Below the pieces are notes generated by a model, which saw only the letters and a program-made list of their open reading frames with translations, ran no database searches and was not told the DNA's origin. A stretch of 64,000 nucleotides of DNA from NCBI GenBank assembly GCA_964014485.1, contig CAXHAT010000001.1, positions 66,946 to 130,945 of the forward strand, read 5' to 3'. This document shows positions 28,437 through 37,551 of the stretch, piece after piece (within the stretch, counting starts at the first letter, position 1; each line of letters opens with the position of its first letter). A program made the translations under genes and the position numbers. This DNA is from an uncultured Deferribacteres bacterium. Its GTDB lineage: Bacteria; Zhuqueibacterota; Zhuqueibacteria; Zhuqueibacterales; Geothermadaptataceae.

Positions 28437-31313
28437 TTAGTGGTCGCAGTCCTGAACGTCAATGCTCGATTCCTGAAATGGTCTGATTTCGACCCTGCGG
28501 TTCTTGGCGCGGTTTTCTTCAGAATCATTCTCCGCTAGCGGGAAATTATGGCCGTAGCCTCTGGCGACGAGATTTCCGGGATCGACGCCTTGGGCGACAA
28601 GAAAATCGCGCACATACTTTGCTCGTTTTTGGGAAATCTTCAAGTTCGCGCAATATTGCAGAGCGCGTCTTTCTTCCGGGACGTTTTCCAGGCTTGCGAA
28701 GCCGGCAATTTCAATTTTCGCCGATGCGTTTTCTTTTAAGGAATTCGCTATCTCAAGTAGTGCGGATTCTCCTTCGTCATCTAAACGAAACTCCTGAAAC
28801 GAAAATCGAATATCCGAAATGTGAACGCTTGTTTTATCGGCCTCATTCATTGTGCTTGTCTCGCTTCCATCATCAATGAGATGCTCTTCCTGCAACGCAT
28901 CGGAACTTTCCTTCGGCGCGGGCGCGAAATCTATCGGCTCGTCAACGCTGACGGATTGCGCGGCCACCGGCGCCGCTTTCGTCGGTTGAGCAAGTTCATC
29001 CATGTGCCAATTGTTCTGCTCGTCCGTTTCGAAAATCCGATTATCGCGATCAACATAAGCGACAATGTTCGGAAATTGCGGATCGATGGGAATTCTCAAG
29101 CTGTCCGTTTCTCCGGGGGCCAAACGATGCATGGTAAATTCGGAAATCAACTCGCCTTTTTTCATAAAGCGATCGACATAAAAGGAGCCGCCGCCATCGT
29201 TGCGCGGATTCGCCGCCATCAACAAAACGCCTAACTCATTCTGGCTTTGAGGCGAATGATAAATGCTGACCAGGAAACTCTCAGCAGTTTTTTCGCCTAT
29301 ATTTTTAAAAATGATGTTGGCAAAATCCGTTGATGAGCGTCTACGAGAATCTTCTAAAAAATCAAGTTCGACGCGGCAATAATTCAGCGACGCGAGAGAT
29401 GCGTCACGCAAAATTTCTTCGCTATACCCCTTTTCAACAAGCTGCGATCCGCGCACGCCTCGTGAGATAAGAAATGCTTTAATCTTTTGGGCGCGCTGCA
29501 AAGCGAATTCCGCATTAAATGAAATCTTCTTTTCTATATCTCTGGAATGTACAACGTCAGCGTGGGCGGATATTTCAAACACGCCGCTTGGATAATTTCT
29601 GATCAAAATCGCCCATGATTCCAATTGCGCCGCCAGTTCTTCCGAAATATTTGCGCTGTTTGCCGGAAAGTAAACGGGCTTCACATCCACGTCCGGCGTT
29701 TGCAAAAGCTGGGAGAGCGCGAAGGACTCAACGCTGACTTTCAAGTCCGGCTTGATCACGTCCGGTTTAACAATAAAGCCCGCAACGCGAACCCCTTCTC
29801 GGCTAGCGATGCGAAAGTTTCTTTTCGCGTCGTAGGCCAAAACGCTCCAAAAATAATCGCCGTGTCGTAAGGTTTCTTGAAAATGATAGGCGAGTTTATC
29901 TTTGCTCGCCTTGAGCCGACGGTCGCCAAGAATATTGACGTCGGAATGCAAGAGAACGTCGTTTTCAATATTGTAAATTTCTAATTGTTGATCGAAAGGC
30001 CCTGAGGGTGTGGCGACCGAATTCTCCCGGCTCACGGTCTGGATGGGGCGAGAAGCGCGCAGAAGTTCGTTTATGGCGGCGTTGTCGTTTTCCAGGCGCT
30101 CGAAAACGTTGACGAGGCTGAGACTGTCTTCTCGGGCGAGCAGCAGCATGTAATTGACTTTGCCGTTTTGGGCAAGATCCGGCGCTCTTTCCCACTCAAG
30201 CTTCACTGTATCTTTCGCAGCGACAAAGGATTTTTCCGTTTGCCGCCATTCGAATTTTTCAAGACGTTCAGATTGCAGGTGGACGCTTGCGTGGCCGCGC
30301 GGAGAAGAAAACGCGCTGCCGCCAATTGCATTGACGTCAATCCGCAGTGATTTGTCGTTGGCAAGAGCTTTGGCGAACGGCCCGAAAGACGCGCCGTCAA
30401 AATGCAGGCTGAGACCGGCGGCGTAACGTCCGCTGTTGGCTTGCCGCGTTCTGTAACCGCCTTGGAAAGCCAACATTTTGCCGAGGGTTTTTGAGAGCGG
30501 CGAAAGCAAGCCGCGAATTTCCACCCCGAGATTGGCTTCTGAAGAATCCGATGAAAACGCATGATAGCCGCCGAAAAGCGAAAACTGTAAACCGTTGTGT
30601 TTTCTAAAATGCAAACCCGCTCCGAAAGCGCTCGCAGCCTCTAAAGAAACGGCTGCATTTTGAAAAAGCAACGGCCCGCCCAAGTGCGTCAATGCGGCTC
30701 CGGCTGAAAAAAAGAAGTCTTCGAAAATTCCGTCTTCACTTAGCTTTAGCACCGGAGAGCGATACAGCAGGCCAACGTCGAACAGCGTTTTCTGCGCACT
30801 CTCGCCCAGGGAGCTTACACGCAGAAATCGAGCATTCGCCCCGATTGACAAGTTGTTGGAAACGACTGAAACGGGAAGTCCGACAGAAAAACCGGGCGTC
30901 GTCCAGGTGATGTTGGGCGCTCCAAAAAAGCCTTCACCGATTTGCGGGCTGAACTTTTGATAATCCGCGATTGCCGCTAACACGACAAAATCGCTGATCG
31001 GATTTTTAAAAGACAGGCGTTTACCAAAAAACAACGCCGCTTGGTTGACGCCTCCGCCCCAATCAGAAAACGCCGCGGCCATTTGCCAATCACGTAGAAA
31101 ACCGGTTTGCCCCGGATTTGAAAAAGTGCCAAAATCGCCTTTGAAATCAGCAATCGCGCTGTTCGCAAGCGCGGCGGTTCTGCCTCCAAATTCATTTTTG
31201 CCGGGCGAAACTTGCGCGAATGCTCCGTTTTGCAGCGCCCAGCCTAAAATGATGAGGCAGGTCAAATAGAATTGCGCCGCGAAAACCGCACTTTGCCGCA
31301 GAGATCGAAACAT
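28437..31313 (-). CDS. PorV-like barrel / CARDB / double OmpA-C domain outer-membrane protein
   Basis: GGRTAALAN...FSNPG, DVGLLY; PDLKVS...YVDRDNRIFETDEQNN; ISQKRAKYVRDFL...GYG...NRRVEI. Confidence 0.78.
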   Translation of the reverse strand: MFRSLRQSAVFAAQFYLTCLIILGWALQNGAFAQVSPGKNEFGGRTAALANSAIADFKGDFGTFSNPGQTGFLRDWQMAAAFSDWGGGVNQAALFFGKRLSFKNPISDFVVLAAIADYQKFSPQIGEGFFGAPNITWTTPGFSVGLPVSVVSNNLSIGANARFLRVSSLGESAQKTLFDVGLLYRSPVLKLSEDGIFEDFFFSAGAALTHLGGPLLFQNAAVSLEAASAFGAGLHFRKHNGLQFSLFGGYHAFSSDSSEANLGVEIRGLLSPLSKTLGKMLAFQGGYRTRQANSGRYAAGLSLHFDGASFGPFAKALANDKSLRIDVNAIGGSAFSSPRGHASVHLQSERLEKFEWRQTEKSFVAAKDTVKLEWERAPDLAQNGKVNYMLLLAREDSLSLVNVFERLENDNAAINELLRASRPIQTVSRENSVATPSGPFDQQLEIYNIENDVLLHSDVNILGDRRLKASKDKLAYHFQETLRHGDYFWSVLAYDAKRNFRIASREGVRVAGFIVKPDVIKPDLKVSVESFALSQLLQTPDVDVKPVYFPANSANISEELAAQLESWAILIRNYPSGVFEISAHADVVHSRDIEKKISFNAEFALQRAQKIKAFLISRGVRGSQLVEKGYSEEILRDASLASLNYCRVELDFLEDSRRRSSTDFANIIFKNIGEKTAESFLVSIYHSPQSQNELGVLLMAANPRNDGGGSFYVDRFMKKGELISEFTMHRLAPGETDSLRIPIDPQFPNIVAYVDRDNRIFETDEQNNWHMDELAQPTKAAPVAAQSVSVDEPIDFAPAPKESSDALQEEHLIDDGSETSTMNEADKTSVHISDIRFSFQEFRLDDEGESALLEIANSLKENASAKIEIAGFASLENVPEERRALQYCANLKISQKRAKYVRDFLVAQGVDPGNLVARGYGHNFPLAENDSEENRAKNRRVEIRPFQESSIDVQDCDH

Positions 31314-31587
31314 TGCCGATTACCGGGATTTGTCGTTTTAAAATTAGTCGGTTTGTGCCTAAAAAAGCTTTCTTCTCTCCTTGAATCTACCGGCACGGGC
31401 GACGTTTCACGTAAACGGGACAATCGCTTCAAACGGCGTTCGTGGGCTTGGTCTTGTCTAGCAGCGCTTTTTTGTTAAAAATGAATCAATGACGGATGTG
31501 GCGGCGGTTCAATTCCGGGCAGTTTTTGACCTTGACAAATCTCAGAACTCAGTCAAGATTTGGATGAATTATCGGAGGATTATGTAA

Positions 31588-34500
31588 ATGAAAAAGCAAG
31601 CGATGCAACTACTTGCAATCATGCTGACGATTTTCCTGGCTTCAACTTCGTTGGCCAGGCAGAAAAAAGACGACAAGGAAAAATCCGGCCTAAATTCCGG
31701 GCTTTTGTCCGGGTTAAAAATGCGCGGCATTGGCCCGGCGCTTATGTCCGGGCGCATCGGCGATATTGTCGTTGATCCGCAAAAACGCAGCACGTGGTAC
31801 ATCGCCGTTTCTTCCGGCGGCGTTTGGAAAACCGTCAACTCCGGCGCGACCTGGAGCCCGATTTTCGATAAATACGGCTCCTACTCTATCGGTTGCCTGG
31901 CGCTCGATCCGAACAATCGTTTTGTGCTCTGGGTTGGGACGGGCGAAAACAACAGCCAACGCAGCGTGGGTTATGGCGACGGCGTCTATAAATCTCTCGA
32001 CGGCGGCAAGTCATTCAAAAAAATGGGTTTGGACAATTCCGAGCACATCGGGAAAATTTTGGTCGATCCCAGGGATTCAGAAGTGGTTTACGTCGCGTCG
32101 CAAGGGCCGCTTTGGTCTTCCGGCGGAGATCGCGGCTTGTTTAAAACAACCGACGGCGGAAAAACCTGGGCAAACATTCTTGAAATCAGCGAACATACCG
32201 GCGTGAACGAAGTGCATTTTGATCCGCGCAACCCTGACGTTCTGTACGCCGTCGCTTACCAACGCCGGCGTCATGTCTGGACTTTGATTGACGGCGGCCC
32301 GGAGTCAGGGGTGTATAAATCGACGGATGCGGGTGCAACCTGGCGCAAAATCAACAAGGGCTTGCCGAGTGTTGACAAGGGCCGGATTGGAATGACCATT
32401 TCGCCCGTCAAGCCGGACGTTCTTTACGTTATTGTGGAAGCGGCGCAGGGTAAGGGCGGCTTCTTTCGCTCGACCGACGGCGGCGAAAACTGGTCGAAAC
32501 GGAGCAGTTACGTCAGCGGCAGCCCCCAGTATTACCAGGAAATTTTTGCTGACCCGCACAAGTACGGCCGCATTTATTCCCTCGACACTTTCATGATGGT
32601 CTCCGAAGACGACGGCAAAACGTTTACAAGGCTTGGCGAGGCTTTTAAGCATGTCGACAATCATGCGCTGGCATTTGATCCCAATGACGAAGACCATCTC
32701 ATCATCGGCAGCGACGGCGGATTGTACGAAACCTGGGATCGCGGCAAAAATTATCACTATTTCGCCAATTTGCCGATCACCCAGTTCTACAAAGTCGCCG
32801 TGGACAACGATGCGCCTTTTTACAATGTTTACGGAGGCACGCAAGACAACGCGACGCAGGGCGGGCCTTCGCGCACCAACAACATTCACGGCATTCGCAA
32901 CAGTGACTGGTTCGTCACCGTTTTCGGCGACGGCTTCGGCGCGGCCATCGATCCAGAGAACCCAGACATCGTTTATTCGCAATGGCAGTACGGCAATTTG
33001 ATCCGCTACGACCGCAAGACGGGCGAGCGCATAGACATTAAGCCGCAGGAAGAAAAGGACGGCGTTCCGCTGCGCTGGAATTGGGACTCGGCGCTGATCA
33101 TCAGTCCGCATTCCAGTTCGCGGCTGTATTTCGGCTCGCAAATCCTTTTTCGCAGCGAAGATCGCGGCAATTCCTGGCGCGTCGTCAGTCCGGATTTGAC
33201 CCGTAACATGGATCGCAACAAGCTGGAAGTCATGGGGCGCGTTTGGGAAGTGGACGCCGTTGCCAAAAACAATTCCACCTCGTTTTACGGCACAATCGTC
33301 TCGCTGGCCGAATCCGAATTGGCCGAAGACGTCATTTACGTCGGCACGGACGACGGCTTGATTCAGGTGACCGAAAACGGCGGCGAATCGTGGACAAAGT
33401 ACGAGACTTTCCCCGGCGTGCCTGAGATGGCCTACGTCAACGATATTGAAGCTTCCGCTCATGACGCGAATACTGTTTTCGCGGCTTTCAATAATCACAA
33501 AATGGGTGATTTTAAACCCTACCTTTTGAAGAGCACAAATCGTGGAAAATCATGGGTTTCCATCGCGGGCGATCTGCCGGAACGCGGTTCGGTTTACACC
33601 GTTGTGCAAGATCACGTTAACCCGGACTTGCTGTTCGTCGGAACGGAATTCGGCATTTTTACGACGGTTGACGGCGGCGAAAAATGGCTGCAAATGAAAA
33701 GCGGCATGCCGGTGATTGCCGTGCGCGATCTGAAAATCCAACGACGCGAAAATGACTTGGTCGCCGCCTCTTTTGGCCGCGGATTTTTCATCCTGGACGA
33801 CTATTCGCCGCTGCGTGAGCTCAACGAAGCGCTGGTCGAGAAACCGGCGCATATTTTTCCGGTTAAAATAGCGCAAATGTATGTCCAATCAGCGCCTTTG
33901 GCCGGGCAAGGAAAGGCGTTTCAGGGCGCGAGCTTTTACACTGCGCCCAACCCGCCGTTTGGCGCGACTTTCACGTACTACCTGAAAGAATCTTTAAAAA
34001 CCCAGCAGGCTGAGCGGCGCTCTGAAGACAGCAAAAAAGCGAAAGAAGGCATAGACGCGCCTTATCCTTCCTGGGCGGATTTGAAGGCGGAAGATCGCGA
34101 GGAAAAGCCGTCCGTCACACTGGCCATTCGTGATGAACAAGGCGGGGTCGTTCGTCGAATTAAAGGCAAAACATCGAAAGGCGTGCATCGCGCAACCTGG
34201 GATTTTCGCTATCCCGGACTCACGCCGACACGCATGAATCGCGAGAGCAACGGCCCCATGGCTTTGCCTGGAAAATATACCGTGAGCCTGGAGCAGCACA
34301 TCGGCGGCGAAACGACCGAACTTGTCGCGCCAACGGCGTTCGAAGCAGAGGCTTTAGGCGCTCCGACGATTCCGGTTGCTGACCGCGCCGCCGTTCTGGC
34401 TTTCCAAAGAAAGACGGCGGAGTTGCAGCGCGCCGTCATGGGCGCAAACTCGGCGCTGCGAGATGCGGCGGAGCAGATTCGATTCATCAAGAAAACCATC

Positions 34501-34857
34501 GAATCATCTACGACGCTGGATATTTATTTGCGCAACGAAGCCCGCAATATCGAGCTTAAAACAAGCGACTTACAGGAAGCGATAAACGGCGACAGAACGC
34601 AAAGCCGCCGCAGCGAACCGGCCCCGCGCGGGCTGATGAGTCGAATTCAGCAAATCGTGCGCGGGCACTGGTCGACGACCGCCGCGCCGACAGAGTCGCA
34701 CCGGCGGAATTATGACATTGCCGCCGATGAATTTGAAATAGTTTTGGGAGATATTCGCAGACTTGTAGAAACGGACTTGCCTGCGTTGCACGGTAAACTC
34801 GAAGCCGCCGGAGCCCCCTGGACGCCCGGGCGCGGCGTACCGGATTGGAAAAAATAA
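31588..34857 (+). CDS. Secreted BNR/Asp-box (VPS10/sortilin-like) glycosyl-hydrolase-family protein
   Basis: RGIGPALMSGRI and many S/T-x-D-G-G-x-T/S-W Asp boxes. Confidence 0.88.
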   Translation: MKKQAMQLLAIMLTIFLASTSLARQKKDDKEKSGLNSGLLSGLKMRGIGPALMSGRIGDIVVDPQKRSTWYIAVSSGGVWKTVNSGATWSPIFDKYGSYSIGCLALDPNNRFVLWVGTGENNSQRSVGYGDGVYKSLDGGKSFKKMGLDNSEHIGKILVDPRDSEVVYVASQGPLWSSGGDRGLFKTTDGGKTWANILEISEHTGVNEVHFDPRNPDVLYAVAYQRRRHVWTLIDGGPESGVYKSTDAGATWRKINKGLPSVDKGRIGMTISPVKPDVLYVIVEAAQGKGGFFRSTDGGENWSKRSSYVSGSPQYYQEIFADPHKYGRIYSLDTFMMVSEDDGKTFTRLGEAFKHVDNHALAFDPNDEDHLIIGSDGGLYETWDRGKNYHYFANLPITQFYKVAVDNDAPFYNVYGGTQDNATQGGPSRTNNIHGIRNSDWFVTVFGDGFGAAIDPENPDIVYSQWQYGNLIRYDRKTGERIDIKPQEEKDGVPLRWNWDSALIISPHSSSRLYFGSQILFRSEDRGNSWRVVSPDLTRNMDRNKLEVMGRVWEVDAVAKNNSTSFYGTIVSLAESELAEDVIYVGTDDGLIQVTENGGESWTKYETFPGVPEMAYVNDIEASAHDANTVFAAFNNHKMGDFKPYLLKSTNRGKSWVSIAGDLPERGSVYTVVQDHVNPDLLFVGTEFGIFTTVDGGEKWLQMKSGMPVIAVRDLKIQRRENDLVAASFGRGFFILDDYSPLRELNEALVEKPAHIFPVKIAQMYVQSAPLAGQGKAFQGASFYTAPNPPFGATFTYYLKESLKTQQAERRSEDSKKAKEGIDAPYPSWADLKAEDREEKPSVTLAIRDEQGGVVRRIKGKTSKGVHRATWDFRYPGLTPTRMNRESNGPMALPGKYTVSLEQHIGGETTELVAPTAFEAEALGAPTIPVADRAAVLAFQRKTAELQRAVMGANSALRDAAEQIRFIKKTIESSTTLDIYLRNEARNIELKTSDLQEAINGDRTQSRRSEPAPRGLMSRIQQIVRGHWSTTAAPTESHRRNYDIAADEFEIVLGDIRRLVETDLPALHGKLEAAGAPWTPGRGVPDWKK

Positions 34858-34861
34858 AACG

Positions 34862-34935
34862 GTAGGGGCGCTTGCATTACGCCTGCATCATAGAAGACCA
34901 TTCAGCAGCAGAGGCGTGATGCATCGCATCTCTAC
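34862..34935. repeat. REP-like doublet (GTAG family)
   Basis: gtaggggcgcttgcattacgcc ... gaggcgtgatgcatcgcatctctac; related to 37516-37543 and 49276-49302. Confidence 0.6.
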
Positions 34936-34964
34936 AACCAAGTAGTAATCACGCAATAACTTAT

Positions 34965-35282
34965 TTAAATCGCGATTTCAGTATAGTCACTTCGTGTTGC
35001 GGAATCGATTATGGTTTGAATGGTAGAAATTTTCTTTTGAATGCGCGGCCATGAAGTCGTAAGCAAGACTATGACCGTGATTTTTCTGGTGGAGAGATTT
35101 TGTTGATAACGTAAATTTTGGTCAGTTGTGATCAGCAATTCAAAATCGTCTTTTTCAGCCGCTTCAAGCAATTTGCCGTTTGACAGATTTGACCAACCCA
35201 TTTCATAGGCAACACGAATCTCATGATTCTCCAAATGCTTACGCAGGGGAATTGGAACGCCTTGATCAAACAGGATTTTCAT
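34965..35282 (-). CDS. DUF5615 PIN-like toxin (VapC45-like)
   Basis: MKILFDQGVP, NGKLL, LITTDQNLRYQQNL. Confidence 0.85.
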   Translation of the reverse strand: MKILFDQGVPIPLRKHLENHEIRVAYEMGWSNLSNGKLLEAAEKDDFELLITTDQNLRYQQNLSTRKITVIVLLTTSWPRIQKKISTIQTIIDSATRSDYTEIAI

Positions 35283-35506
35283 TAACCGACCGGCTCTGCA
35301 AGCGTCGCCAACTCATGGTCGAGAACGGCTTCGATCTGCGAGCGCTTGACGCCGGGGAACCATTCCATGAATTGCTCGATGGACGCGCCGTCTTTAAGAT
35401 TCTCGAAAAGCGCCGAAACCGGAACGCGCGTTCCTCGAAACACCCAAGCCCCGCTGACTTTTTGTTTTTGTCGCTCCACAGCGTGGCAAGTTTTCCAATC
35501 AATCAT
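35282..35506 (-). CDS. DUF433 antitoxin (VapB45-like)
   Basis: KVSGAWVFRGTRVPVSALFENL...WFPGV; AAGGAG RBS; stop codon overlaps the toxin start. Confidence 0.88.
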   Translation of the reverse strand: MIDWKTCHAVERQKQKVSGAWVFRGTRVPVSALFENLKDGASIEQFMEWFPGVKRSQIEAVLDHELATLAEPVG

Positions 35507-35682
35507 GAACAAGCTCCTTACTCAAAATATCCAGGCAGTGGTCAAAATTTAGCAAACCATTTTGAACAAGACAATCATCTGTATTCGTTTCTTAAAAATA
35601 GTCCTTTTTTTATTCAATGGCACGTTGATTTTGCGCCAGCCTCTCCCAGGATTCCAAGCTTAATCCGCCTTGCGTCATTACG

Positions 35683-36405
35683 ATGAATTTCTTCGATCAA
35701 TCTGAATATAATATTCGCTGCGAATGGGGCGAAGAAGGCGTCAAAGCGCTGGCGCCGATCAGCGATGTGGTGATTATCGTCGACATATTGTCTTTCTCAA
35801 CCAGCGTTGATCTTATCGTTTCGAAGGGCGGAACGGCGTATCCTTACAGATGGAACGATGATTCCGCCGGCGATTACGCTCGCTCAGTCGATGCGGAATT
35901 GGCAGGCCCGCAAAATCCAAACGGCTTTTCACTTGCCCCGACAACTTTGGAGAACATCCCGGAAAATTTGAGCATTGTTCTCCCCTCACCGAACGGCTCA
36001 ACGATAACCTTACTCGCGCAAGAATCTATCGTCCTCGCGGGCTGCCTCAGAAATTGTCGGGCCGTCGCGGAAACGGCGATGGGCTTTGGGAAAAACATTG
36101 CCGTCGTTCCGTGCGGCGAAAGATGGAGCCAAAACAATTCTTTGCGGCCTGGTCTTGAAGATTTTATCGGCGCCGGGGCCGCAATCAGATTTCTTGAAGG
36201 TAGCCGATCTCCTGAATCCGAAGCCGCGCTCACGACTTTTACATCTTTTGAAGATTCGCTTTTTGGAACAATCAGTCGTTGCGGCTCAGGCAAAGAGAAG
36301 CTGTCAAAAAACAAGGAGCGCGACGTTTTTCTCGCCTCACAATTCAACGTCAGCCATTATGCGCCCCGACTTATCGACGGCGCCTACAGAGCGAACCCCG
36401 AATAA
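35683..36405 (+). CDS. 2-phosphosulfolactate phosphatase (ComB)-family protein
   Basis: VDILSFST, LPSPNGS, GCLRN, GERW, EDFIGAG. Confidence 0.85.
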   Translation: MNFFDQSEYNIRCEWGEEGVKALAPISDVVIIVDILSFSTSVDLIVSKGGTAYPYRWNDDSAGDYARSVDAELAGPQNPNGFSLAPTTLENIPENLSIVLPSPNGSTITLLAQESIVLAGCLRNCRAVAETAMGFGKNIAVVPCGERWSQNNSLRPGLEDFIGAGAAIRFLEGSRSPESEAALTTFTSFEDSLFGTISRCGSGKEKLSKNKERDVFLASQFNVSHYAPRLIDGAYRANPE

Positions 36406-36417
36406 AATTCATCACAC

Positions 36418-37440
36418 TTATTTCGCGCCCTCAATCGCGGCGACCAAAGCGAGCTCATCTTCCAAGGCGTCCGAAAAAGCTTCGACGACAACGCCGTTTT
36501 TGTCGATGACGACATGCGTTGGAAAAATGCTGACCCCATAGTTTTGCACGACGTCTTCCGCCGCAGGAATGACTTGGTAGGCAAATTTGTAGGCGTCCAA
36601 AAACTTTTGCACCGTCGCTTTATCGTCAAAAGTAATCGCCAGAAACTTAACCGGCTGACCGCGATATTTTTCAACCAGTTTATTCAAAACCGGGAGCTCG
36701 ACGATGCACGGCTTGCAGGCTGCGAACCAGAAATTTAGTACGACGACGTTGCCGCGCAGCGAAAGCAAATCAACCGGCTCTCCAAACCAGTCGTTTTTAC
36801 TGAACGGGGCGGCCTGATCTCCTTTTTGCGGCCCCTGCTGCATTTGTTGTTGCATCATCAAAACGCCAAATTCCTGAAGCGTCATCTTCTTAAAGCCTTC
36901 AGGGCCCTCGAAAAAGGCGTCGTCCAAATCTTCCTTCGAAACACTTTCAACAACGTAAACCAATTCTCCCGCCGGGGTCTGGGTGGAAAATTCGAGCACA
37001 AAGCCTGGAATTTTTCCAAGTACTGAATAGGGCGCACGAATTTCTTCCGAAAGCCAAACGGTTTCTTCGCCTTTCCCGGAAATTAGTTTTGCTTTCTTGG
37101 CTGCGTAACCGGCAATCGTTTTTTGCTCGTCCAAAAATTCGACTTCGACGCTGTCTTCGAAAGGAGCTTCCAAAGCGATGTCTTGCCCTAGCATGTTGGC
37201 AAAAATTGTATTCTGCTTATTTTCTGCATCTACGATGGTCGTCGCTCCGCCGCCGTCCTCGATTTTGACGTATTTCGCGTTAAACGAGAAAGTTTGCGTT
37301 TGGGGCAATTGAGCGCTCAACGTAGAATCGATTTGCGTTTGGAGTTTGTAGGTAACAACCCCCGAAGTCATTTTGTCCTGACCGCAACTTGCCAGGAAAC
37401 AAAACAGCCCCGTGATTAGCAAAAGTTTTTTTAAAACCAT
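36418..37440 (-). CDS. Lipoprotein: DUF4412/GLPGLI-like domain fused to TlpA-type thioredoxin
   Basis: LASC lipobox; KTIAGYAAKKA; LNFWFAACKPC; FPTHVVID. Confidence 0.8.
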   Translation of the reverse strand: MVLKKLLLITGLFCFLASCGQDKMTSGVVTYKLQTQIDSTLSAQLPQTQTFSFNAKYVKIEDGGGATTIVDAENKQNTIFANMLGQDIALEAPFEDSVEVEFLDEQKTIAGYAAKKAKLISGKGEETVWLSEEIRAPYSVLGKIPGFVLEFSTQTPAGELVYVVESVSKEDLDDAFFEGPEGFKKMTLQEFGVLMMQQQMQQGPQKGDQAAPFSKNDWFGEPVDLLSLRGNVVVLNFWFAACKPCIVELPVLNKLVEKYRGQPVKFLAITFDDKATVQKFLDAYKFAYQVIPAAEDVVQNYGVSIFPTHVVIDKNGVVVEAFSDALEDELALVAAIEGAK

Positions 37441-37515
37441 GATTTTCCTCCCAGATTTTGGCACATGGGCGTATGGCCCTATACCTCTTACAATGATTAA
37501 AGAATCCGGTATTGC

Positions 37516-37543
37516 GTAGAGACGCGATGCATCACGTCTCTAC
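37516..37543. repeat. REP hairpin (GTAG family)
   Basis: gtagagacgcgatgcatcacgtctctac. Confidence 0.7.
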
Positions 37544-37551
37544 CGTTCATA

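Noticed and set aside
32305..33498. Long antisense ORFs (also 5795-6592, 42460-43923, 61439-62362)
   Set aside because: Shadows of well-supported genes on the opposite strand, with no recognisable motifs.
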